A stretch of DNA of 41,943 nucleotides from a virus (Duplodnaviria; Caudoviricetes), in the IMG/VR virus record IMGVR_UViG_3300023059_000010, positions 1 through 41,943 of that record; one strand, written 5' to 3'. The notes beneath the pieces were generated by a model. The model was not told where the DNA came from. It was given only the letters and a program-made list of their open reading frames with translations, and made no database searches. Positions 1 to 6,780 of the stretch are shown here, in pieces; the first letter of the stretch is position 1, and the number at the start of each line of letters is the position of its first letter. Both the position numbers and the translations under genes were made by a program.

Positions 1-593
1 TCGTGTTCCCGCCGTTCCTTTCGCAGCACTACGGGGCGAAAGCGGGGGATGAGCGCCGCAATCTCGATGCAGATCGCACGCCTCTAGGAACTGTTGTCGC
101 CGCAGGCTCACACCACTCGGTGATCGTTCCGCCGTTCATGGCCGAACTGTACGGAACTGGCAGCGCACGCGGCATCGAGCAAGAAGCGCTTTCGACTGTC
201 ACCGCCGGCGGGAATCATCACGGGCTCGCGGTGCCGCCGGGTGCGTTTCTTTCGAAGCATCATGGCGGTCTCGACTATGCACGCATCGAACACATGAATA
301 AGTCACTTTCTGAGCCAATGCCTGTTGTGGTCACTTCGCCGAACATCTCGCTCGTGGTGCCCGAGAGAAAGCGTCCGAGTGCACGGTTTGAAGGTGAGCT
401 GCCGTTCGAGCTCGAAGATGTCAGATTCCGAATGGTCGGGCCGCGCGAGCATTTGCGCGCGCAACGGTTTGCGGAGGACTACGACACGAGCGCCGCGAAC
501 AAATCCGAGACGACGAAGGGCGCCGGGAACGCGGTGCCGGTAAACGCTGCGCACTGGATCGGCGAAGAAATCAAGGAGGTGTTTTCAGTATGA
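1..593 (+). CDS. C5 DNA cytosine methyltransferase, C-terminal part (5'-truncated by window edge)
   Basis: Ends with motif IX/X-like RMVGPREHLRAQRF...GAGNAVPV; repeated PL.TV.A.G.HH.L.VPP units; the N-terminal motifs are in the ORF at the other end of the window. Confidence 0.85.
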   Translation, partial: VFPPFLSQHYGAKAGDERRNLDADRTPLGTVVAAGSHHSVIVPPFMAELYGTGSARGIEQEALSTVTAGGNHHGLAVPPGAFLSKHHGGLDYARIEHMNKSLSEPMPVVVTSPNISLVVPERKRPSARFEGELPFELEDVRFRMVGPREHLRAQRFAEDYDTSAANKSETTKGAGNAVPVNAAHWIGEEIKEVFSV

Positions 594-955
594 CGCCGCG
601 TGAAGTGAATCTGTTGCTCGTCAAGGCTGCTGCGCTTGATCCGCGTGTCGGGTCGCTGTTGCGAGACGGTGGGGCAGTGGTCGTCGCCGAGGAATGGCAC
701 GCGGTAATCGGCGGGCTCGAGTTTGATACTGCGCTCGGCGCGATACGCGAGCACTACTCGCAAGGGGGCGCGCGAATGCTGCAGCCGGGAGATCTCCTCG
801 AGCGCGCGAAACCGGCGAGATTGACGGGCGACGAGCTGTCTCGAGAGCGATGGCTGGCCGAGCGCGGTCTAACCGAAGAGGCGCTACGCGTGATGCCTCG
901 GTCAGAACTTGAAGCGCTGGTGCGCGGTGAGGGGGCGTCGAGTGCCGGAGCATGA
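590..955 (+). CDS. Putative helicase loader/inhibitor-like protein
   Basis: ATGA overlap with upstream gene; W..(V)IG.L.F..AL.AIREHY...LQPGDL pattern; lies directly before DnaB. Confidence 0.5.
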   Translation: MTPREVNLLLVKAAALDPRVGSLLRDGGAVVVAEEWHAVIGGLEFDTALGAIREHYSQGGARMLQPGDLLERAKPARLTGDELSRERWLAERGLTEEALRVMPRSELEALVRGEGASSAGA

Positions 956-2267
956 ATCTCAGTGGGATCGCGAGCCTCGCGATGAGCACGCCGAAGCGTC
1001 GGTGCTCGGCGCGGCAATGCTCGCAAAGACTGCAGCCGAGATCGCCGTCGAGACGCTCGTCGCGTCGGACTTCTACGTGCCGAAGCATGAAGTGATTTTC
1101 GAAGCGATCCGGGGCTTGCTCACTCGGCTTGAGCCCGTCGATCCGATCACTGTCAGCGACGAGTTGCAGCGCCGCGGAGATCTCGCGCGAATCGGTGGGC
1201 CGATGTTGTTGCATCAGCTTGCCGGCGAGGTGCCCACAGCGGCGAACGTGAACTACTACGCCGAGATCGTGAAGGATCGTGCAATCGCTCGTCGCCTGAT
1301 GGCTGCAGGCGTGAGGATCGTTGAGGCGTCGGCGGGCGCAGTCAGCGATGTTGACGCGTTGGTGGAGTCGGCGCGTGCGGAAGTGGACAGTGTTTCGCCT
1401 CGCGTGAATCGGACGCTCGGCTGGGTTGGCGACGATCTTGCTGGGTTGTGGACAGAGCTAGCTGGCGGGCTGGTGCAGGTTGAACCGACTGGGTGGGGTG
1501 TGCTCGACAACTTCATCGGTGGTTTTCGGCCTGGCGATCTCTACGTGCTAGGAGCGCGGCCTGGCATCGGTAAGTCGGTGGTAGCGCTCAACGTTGCCGC
1601 GGCGCTGGCTGCGCGCGGGATAACAGTCGGGTTTGCCTCGCTTGAGATGAGTGCGGGGGAGCTGGAGAAGCGTTTACTTTCGGCTGAGTCGTCGGTGCAT
1701 CTGGCGAGTGTGCTGGATTCGCGGATCTCTGCGTCGGAGTGGGAGCGCCTCGATGTTGCTCGGGAGCGGATTGCTTCGATGCGGCTGTCGTTCTTTGATG
1801 GTGCAGCGTCGCTGGCGCAGGTCATGTCCTATGCGCGCACTTTGCATCGCGAGGGTGGTCTGGGGCTGTTGGTCGTGGACTACTTGCAACTGCTGGGCGG
1901 CAGCGGAAAGGCGGAGAACCGTCAGCTTGAGGTGAGTGAGTTTTCTCGGTCATTGAAGCTGCTGGCTCGCGAGTTGCAGATCCCAGTTCTGGCGCTGTCG
2001 CAGTTGAGTCGCAAATCGACGGAGCGTAAGGGCGGCGAGCCGATGATCTCGGATTTGCGTGAGTCGGGTTCGTTGGAGCAGGACGCATCGGTGGTGCTGT
2101 TGCTGCACCGAAATGAGGAGCATGCCTCCTCGAAGTTGAAGGTCATCGTGGCGAAGAACCGCCACGGGCGCTCGGGCGAGGTGACTCTCCAGTGGGAGGG
2201 GCGTTTCGCTCGGGCTGTTGAAATGCCGTGGTCTCCCACGGCGCTACTGAATGAAAGGGGCCAGTGA
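942..2267 (+). CDS. dnaB: Replicative DnaB-like helicase
   Basis: N-terminal AEASVLGA, Walker A GARPGIGKS, VVDYLQL, LSQLSR, SDLRESGSLEQDA, AKNRHG; GTG start at 942 after GAGGGGG. Confidence 0.95.
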   Translation: MPEHESQWDREPRDEHAEASVLGAAMLAKTAAEIAVETLVASDFYVPKHEVIFEAIRGLLTRLEPVDPITVSDELQRRGDLARIGGPMLLHQLAGEVPTAANVNYYAEIVKDRAIARRLMAAGVRIVEASAGAVSDVDALVESARAEVDSVSPRVNRTLGWVGDDLAGLWTELAGGLVQVEPTGWGVLDNFIGGFRPGDLYVLGARPGIGKSVVALNVAAALAARGITVGFASLEMSAGELEKRLLSAESSVHLASVLDSRISASEWERLDVARERIASMRLSFFDGAASLAQVMSYARTLHREGGLGLLVVDYLQLLGGSGKAENRQLEVSEFSRSLKLLARELQIPVLALSQLSRKSTERKGGEPMISDLRESGSLEQDASVVLLLHRNEEHASSKLKVIVAKNRHGRSGEVTLQWEGRFARAVEMPWSPTALLNERGQ

Positions 2268-2869
2268 TGGCGAACGAAATGGATGTACGGTTCACGGGCA
2301 CGATCACGCGCGACGTGGAGATCCGTACGGTCGGCGATAAGCGAGTGCTCGGGGTTGGCCTGGCACACTCTGCTCGGGTGAAACGGGGTGATGAGCACGT
2401 CGATTCGGAGACGATGTGGCTCGATGGGTCGCTCTGGGAGCGTTGGCCTGGTGATCGCCGTGTCGACAACGTGCTTGCGTCGCTTGGGAAGGGTGCTCGC
2501 GTTGAGGTTGTCGGCAAGCTGCGCCTGGAAGCGTATGAGGGTCGCAACGGGTCGGGTGTGTCGAACCGACTGCAGATTGAGTCGATCGCGCCGTGCCTTG
2601 AGTGGGCGACCGCGCAGCCGGTGAAGAACGAGCGCGGCGGTGCGCGCCCGGCTGGAGGTGGCTGGGATGCGCCGCAGCCGCAGCAGTCGTGGGGGCAGCC
2701 TGCGGGGAGTCCGCAGGGAGGTTCTTGGGGTCAGCCTCAGCAGCAAGCTCAGTCGGGAGCGCCTCAACAGTCGGCGCCTGCCCAGCAGCAGACGGCAGCA
2801 CCTGGGGCGTCGGCTCAGCAGTCGACGCAGGCGAGCTGGGGTGGCTTCGAAGATGAGCAGCCGTTCTGA
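2264..2869 (+). CDS. ssb: Single-stranded DNA-binding protein
   Basis: OB-fold pattern (GTITRDVEIR...LGKGARVEVVGKL), Q/G/W-rich linker, acidic C-terminal EDEQPF. Confidence 0.9.
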   Translation: MMANEMDVRFTGTITRDVEIRTVGDKRVLGVGLAHSARVKRGDEHVDSETMWLDGSLWERWPGDRRVDNVLASLGKGARVEVVGKLRLEAYEGRNGSGVSNRLQIESIAPCLEWATAQPVKNERGGARPAGGGWDAPQPQQSWGQPAGSPQGGSWGQPQQQAQSGAPQQSAPAQQQTAAPGASAQQSTQASWGGFEDEQPF

Positions 2870-3156
2870 TGGACGTTTCAAAGGAGTTCATGGCCGCTCA
2901 ACGTCGGGTGCGAGCTGCTGTGGAGCGTGGTGTGGGGGAAGCCGAGAGGCGAATTCGCGAGCTGACGCCGATGGAGTGGAGTGAAGTCGCTTCCGGCATG
3001 CGTGAACATCCTGAGGTGATGCGTGAGCGTCTGACGCGTGAACGTTATGCAGTCTCTGGTGAGCTGCTAGGGCGCCTGGCGCGTTCCCTAAATGATGCGG
3101 TGGCTTCGTTTGTCGAGGCATTTAGGCGAGGTTTCGAGGAAGGCGGTTCGAGATGA
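2869..3156 (+). CDS. Hypothetical protein
   Basis: TGATG coupling to ssb and ATGA overlap with next gene. Confidence 0.65.
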   Translation: MDVSKEFMAAQRRVRAAVERGVGEAERRIRELTPMEWSEVASGMREHPEVMRERLTRERYAVSGELLGRLARSLNDAVASFVEAFRRGFEEGGSR

Positions 3157-3326
3157 ACCCGTGGGATTTGGTGTTGTTGGTGCTCGGATGGGGTGCGCTC
3201 TGCGCTGTCGTCCTGGTGGTACTCGTTGTGCTCGCGATTCTGTGGGCGGCATTGTTGGCGACAGTGCGCACGCGGAAGGATTCGGGGCGATCGGTGCCGA
3301 TATTCAAAAGCAAGGTGCCGAAATGA
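3153..3326 (+). CDS. Small membrane protein (57 aa)
   Basis: Read manually: MNPWDLVLLVLGWGALCAVVLVVLVVLAILWAALL..., ATGA overlaps at both ends. Confidence 0.7.
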   Translation: MNPWDLVLLVLGWGALCAVVLVVLVVLAILWAALLATVRTRKDSGRSVPIFKSKVPK

Positions 3327-4042
3327 GTGTGACTGAGGTGCGAGAATGCGCGCGCGGATGCGTCGTCTCGGTAGGGATCGAAGATGCTCAAGATATCCCG
3401 GCAATCGCTGAGGCGGGGGCTGTGCTCTGCGTGCGCTGCCTCGCGCGTCTCAGGTGGAGGTTAGGCGACATTGCCGACGTCGCGGCGCGCGCGCGGCTCG
3501 CTCTCATTCCCGGTCAAGCGGCGTCGGGCAGCGGTGAGAGAGTCAGCGGGTCTCGGATGCCCGATCTGCCGTTCAACGTGGTCGCGTTCGAGACGTGTGA
3601 TGCGCTCGTGAACTTGCTTGGCGGCTGGTGCGTGTTCTGGGGATCTGAGTTGCGCGTTGAGGTGCCTCGTCAGCTTGAGGGTGCGGCGGGGTCATCTCGG
3701 GATCTGGCTGGAGTGAAAGCGGGCACGGATGCCGATGCGGTTGCTGTCGTGCTCGAGGAGTGGAACTGGTGGATTCGTCGGCATTGGGATGCGATCGTCG
3801 CTCGCGAGGCCGCGATCGCATTCTACGAAGACATTGCGAAGGGCGTTCGCGTTGCACTCAACAGGTTCCCGCGCGACGAGGAGCGTGTGGTAGTCCAGAA
3901 GCCGCGATATTGCCCGGTGTGCGAACTGAAAGCGGTGCGGGTGACGTGGACGCATGGTCGGGATCCGGTGGTGGCTTGCACTGGCTGCAGGTGGGTGTTT
4001 GAGACGGAGTGGAGGGATCTTCTTGAGCAAATTGGCATTTAG
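3323..4042 (+). CDS. Zinc-ribbon-containing phage protein
   Basis: CARGC, CVRC, CPVC and CTGC motifs; ATG at 3323 overlaps upstream stop. Confidence 0.7.
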   Translation: MSVTEVRECARGCVVSVGIEDAQDIPAIAEAGAVLCVRCLARLRWRLGDIADVAARARLALIPGQAASGSGERVSGSRMPDLPFNVVAFETCDALVNLLGGWCVFWGSELRVEVPRQLEGAAGSSRDLAGVKAGTDADAVAVVLEEWNWWIRRHWDAIVAREAAIAFYEDIAKGVRVALNRFPRDEERVVVQKPRYCPVCELKAVRVTWTHGRDPVVACTGCRWVFETEWRDLLEQIGI

Positions 4043-4328
4043 GGCTCTGGCAAAGCAGGCTGACGTGCCGCTGCGCACGCTGAATCGGTGGCGTGCCGAG
4101 GGAATGCATGTCGTGGTCGAGGGCGGGCGCCTCTTTGCGCGGCTGGATCATGTGCTGGCGTGGAAGCGGTGGAAGTCGTTGGCGAATCCGGCGGCTGGGT
4201 TTCGTCGGGCTCGGGCGGCTCGTGCGGGCGAGTCGGGCGCTGTGGTCACGGATGAGCAGTATCGGCGCGCGTGGCGAGAGTGGGTTGCGGCTGGAGGCTG
4301 CGGTGAGGCGAAGGGGGTAGCGCGATGA
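4023..4328 (+). CDS. Helix-turn-helix DNA-binding protein
   Basis: ALAKQADVPLRTLNRWRAEG MerR/Xis-like HTH; TTG start after GGAGGG. Confidence 0.65.
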   Translation: MSKLAFRALAKQADVPLRTLNRWRAEGMHVVVEGGRLFARLDHVLAWKRWKSLANPAAGFRRARAARAGESGAVVTDEQYRRAWREWVAAGGCGEAKGVAR

Positions 4329-4438
4329 TGCGGTTGTGGTGTTCGAGGTGCGGGTCGTTCTTCGGTCGGACGGAAGATGAGCGGGAGGCTGCGAGGCTGC
4401 AGCGCGAGCATCTGGCCGATTGCGAGCTTGACCCGTGA
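4325..4438 (+). CDS. Small zinc-finger-like protein (37 aa)
   Basis: Read manually: MMRLWCSRCGSFFGRTEDEREAARLQREHLADCELDP; 4-nt overlaps with both neighbours. Confidence 0.55.
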   Translation: MMRLWCSRCGSFFGRTEDEREAARLQREHLADCELDP

Positions 4439-4683
4439 GCGAGCCTTACGGCGTCGACGTTGGTAAGCATGACTGGATGCAGGATGCGCTCTGTTCGCAG
4501 ACTGATCCGGATCTCTGGTTTGATCCGGGGCGATCGCTCGAAGCGGCGGTGGCTTGTCAACGGTGCCCTGTGCTTGAGCAGTGCGCGGAGTACGCGGTCG
4601 GATACTCAACGCAATACGGTGTCATTGGCGGCATGACTCCGGCGGAAAGGAGAAGGGCGCGCAAGCTCGGCGTGTCGCGCTAG
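4435..4683 (+). CDS. whiB: WhiB family transcription factor
   Basis: W..DALC..TDPDLWF, C..CPV..QC, GVIGG.T..ERR. Confidence 0.93.
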   Translation: MSEPYGVDVGKHDWMQDALCSQTDPDLWFDPGRSLEAAVACQRCPVLEQCAEYAVGYSTQYGVIGGMTPAERRRARKLGVSR

Positions 4684-4722
4684 GTGGCGAGTGTTGGCAT
4701 AGTCCACTATGAAACTAGCGAT

Positions 4723-4756
4723 CAAACACCCTCATGCGAATGCATGGGGGTGTTTG
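4723..4756 (+). terminator. Stem-loop terminator after the early/middle operon
   Basis: CAAACACCCTCATGC-GAAT-GCATGGGGGTGTTTG 15-bp stem. Confidence 0.6.
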
Positions 4757-4859
4757 TCGTAGACGCGCGGTTTCTGCTATTACCGTCTTTCGCCCTGACC
4801 TGCCTGGGGTGCGTCGATAGGGTGGGGTTTCCTTCGGTGCGGTTGGAGCGTGAAGGGCG

Positions 4860-5177
4860 GTGGTGCGGTTGTCATCTCATCACCGCTCTTCGCGTCGCTA
4901 CCAACTTTTGCGTGAGCAGTTCAAGCAGGATTGCTGGGCTGAGGATGCGCGCTGTTGGCTGTGCCCGTTTCCGATTGACTACTCGGCGGGGCAGTACGAA
5001 GAGGATGCGTTCGAGCTGGATCATTACTACCCGGTGTCTACACATCCGGAGTTGGCGGAGGATCCGTCGAACTTTCGTGCGTCGCATCGGCGCTGCAATC
5101 AGGTGCGCGGCAATGCGCCGCCGGTGGTTGAGGTCGATCGTACTTCGGAGGATTGGTTCGCCGGTTTCGGCAAATAG
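4860..5177 (+). CDS. HNH endonuclease (terminase-associated type)
   Basis: CWLC...ELDHYYP...N.R.SH..CN..RG; upstream of terminase genes. Confidence 0.9.
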   Translation: MVRLSSHHRSSRRYQLLREQFKQDCWAEDARCWLCPFPIDYSAGQYEEDAFELDHYYPVSTHPELAEDPSNFRASHRRCNQVRGNAPPVVEVDRTSEDWFAGFGK

Positions 5178-5328
5178 GTTTCCCTTGCTCGTGGGGTGAG
5201 GGGTGGTCGTCGTTCTGGGGTTTGCCTGGTGCGGCGACTGTGCTCGGTGTTCGCGGGTGCTGCAAGACGTTGCGGTGCTGGGCGCGGCCGAGTGCTCGCG
5301 GAGGGGGATGATCTCGCGGCGAGCGCAT

Positions 5329-5402
5329 AGCGGTGTGGAGCAGTTCGGTAGCTCGCGGGCTTCATGTGCCCGAGGTCGCAGGTTCGAATCCTGTCGCCGC
5401 CA
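5329..5402 (+). tRNA. tRNA-Met(CAT), initiator-like with atypical anticodon arm; CCA not encoded
   Basis: Cloverleaf folded by hand: acceptor AGCGGTG/CGCCGCC, D arm GAGC..GCTC, anticodon stem CGGGC/GCCCG with loop TTCATGT (CAT at 5363-5365), T arm GCAGG-TTCGAAT-CCTGT. Confidence 0.85.
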
Positions 5403-5406
5403 CGGA

Positions 5407-5841
5407 TCAAGCTGGCGCGGTCAGAGTCTTCTTGGCTCTTCCGATCGCCCAGGTCAGAGCATCTGTCAGGGCATAGGCGAACGAGACGGAGTTGTCGTCG
5501 TTGATCAGGGCGAGATGCTTGGGGCTCGGGTAGGTGTGGTGTACGTGGAAGGTCTTGTTTCGGAAGAGCTTGAGCTTTTCGATTAAGTCGGGGTGTGAGA
5601 TCGAGAGGAGATCCACGTCTTTGTCTTCGATGCCCAGCTCGCACCATCCTTCATAGACGGCATACAGTGTGGCGTACCAGATTGCGACTCTTGCGAAGTG
5701 GCCGTGATCATCTGGATTGCCGAGCCCTCGATCAGCCGGGTTCGCTTTGCCATAGGCGCGTAGCTCGTCTCTCTGCGTGCGCATGATCTCGAGATACCAA
5801 GTCAGTGCATCGAGGAAGCGCTTCTGTTTCTCTGGGCTCAT
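5407..5841 (-). CDS. Putative HEPN-domain ribonuclease (moron)
   Basis: Helical-looking 144 aa protein with LYAVYEG and RNKTFH (RxxxxH); antisense to all flanking genes; own promoter. Confidence 0.65.
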   Translation of the reverse strand: MSPEKQKRFLDALTWYLEIMRTQRDELRAYGKANPADRGLGNPDDHGHFARVAIWYATLYAVYEGWCELGIEDKDVDLLSISHPDLIEKLKLFRNKTFHVHHTYPSPKHLALINDDNSVSFAYALTDALTWAIGRAKKTLTAPA

Positions 5842-5847
5842 CTTGCA

Positions 5848-5876
5848 ACTCTAGGCAAAGGTTGCAGGTCTCGGAA
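5848..5876 (-). promoter_or_regulatory. Putative sigma-A promoter giving a leaderless mRNA for the HEPN-like gene
   Basis: Minus strand TTCCGA-N17-TAGAGT-N6-ATG; overlapped by TGCAAC/GTTGCA inverted repeat. Confidence 0.5.
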
Positions 5877-5912
5877 GCTGCGGTTTGTTGATCAACGGAA
5901 AGGGGTCTGCAG

Positions 5913-6380
5913 ATGGTTGCATACACGTTCAATGCGGAGCAGGCGGCGGGGATCATCGCCGGACTAGCTCCAGGCTCGAGGGTGATCGTTCTCGGTTGCT
6001 CTCAGGAGTCGGGGGTGGAGATCCTGCAGCACATCATCGACACGGGGCTCCTCCAGATCGTGGAGGTGCGGCGCACGAACGGCAAGCAGCGCGCACTCCT
6101 CGAAGGCAACAGGATCATCTACGTAACGAGCGAGCGCGGCAACGGAGTTCGCGGACGCACAGCGAACCTCCTGATCACTGAGCACGGGGTGAGCCCAGAC
6201 GCGGTGAAGCATGCACGCCACACGATCAACCCCACAGGTGGTACCCACATACGAGTACACATACCCCACACCGTAGAGGCGCCCATAGAGGCGCCCACGC
6301 CCGAACAGGCCACCACACAGAAGCCCGACCCGCACCCAAACCCCGAGGGGGTCACAAAAAATCCACACAACCCCAACTAG
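5913..6380 (+). CDS. Hypothetical protein resembling a fragment of a terminase ATPase domain
   Basis: RBS GAAAGGGG; RRTNGKQR...IIYVT..RG.GVRGRTANLLIT resembles the pre-Walker B region of terminases; no Walker A. Confidence 0.6.
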   Translation: MVAYTFNAEQAAGIIAGLAPGSRVIVLGCSQESGVEILQHIIDTGLLQIVEVRRTNGKQRALLEGNRIIYVTSERGNGVRGRTANLLITEHGVSPDAVKHARHTINPTGGTHIRVHIPHTVEAPIEAPTPEQATTQKPDPHPNPEGVTKNPHNPN

Positions 6381-6420
6381 CCCCCACCCACCGCCGCGGG
6401 GCTTCCTCCCTCCCCGGATG
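6340..6420. other. Putative cos/packaging initiation region
   Basis: Lies between HNH and terminase small subunit; GGGGGTCACAAAAAT...CACCGCCGCGGGG...CTCCCTCCCC; abrupt switch from C/A-rich to G/T-rich + strand. Confidence 0.45.
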
Positions 6421-6455
6421 GGTTGGGTGTTTTTCTCGAAGGGTCGGTGAGGTTG

Positions 6456-6764
6456 GTGGCGTCGCGTAGGCATTTGGTTGCGGTGAATCGCATGTTGAGG
6501 TCGGTGGATCTTGATGAGGCTGGTCGTGATGCTGCGGTGGTGGAGTTGGCGCGTGATTTTGCGCGTCGGATGGATTCGGCTGGTGATGATGCTGCGGTGA
6601 ATTTGCTGCGCGGGTATCAGTCGGCGTTGAAGGATTTGCAGCGGGCTGCTGAGCGTGTTGAGTCGGCGCGGTTGTTGCCTCGAGTTGAGGGCGATGGCGG
6701 GGCGAGTGCTGCGCGAGATGAGCCTGAGCCTGAGGATCCGGCTGAGTCGTTTTTTGACGACTAG
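6456..6764 (+). CDS. Terminase small subunit
   Basis: D.A.VELAR.FA..MD...Y..AL.DL pattern, immediately before the large subunit; start uncertain (6423-6456). Confidence 0.75.
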   Translation: MASRRHLVAVNRMLRSVDLDEAGRDAAVVELARDFARRMDSAGDDAAVNLLRGYQSALKDLQRAAERVESARLLPRVEGDGGASAARDEPEPEDPAESFFDD

Positions 6765-6780
6765 GTGAGTGGGGGTGTTC

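Noticed and set aside
5361-5367. Opal-suppressor/Sec reading (TCA) of the tRNA anticodon
   Set aside because: The 5-bp stem fixes a 7-nt loop centred on CAT, and there is no long variable arm
5203-5586. 127-aa plus-strand ORF
   Set aside because: Overlaps the tRNA and the better-supported HEPN-like gene; no recognisable motifs
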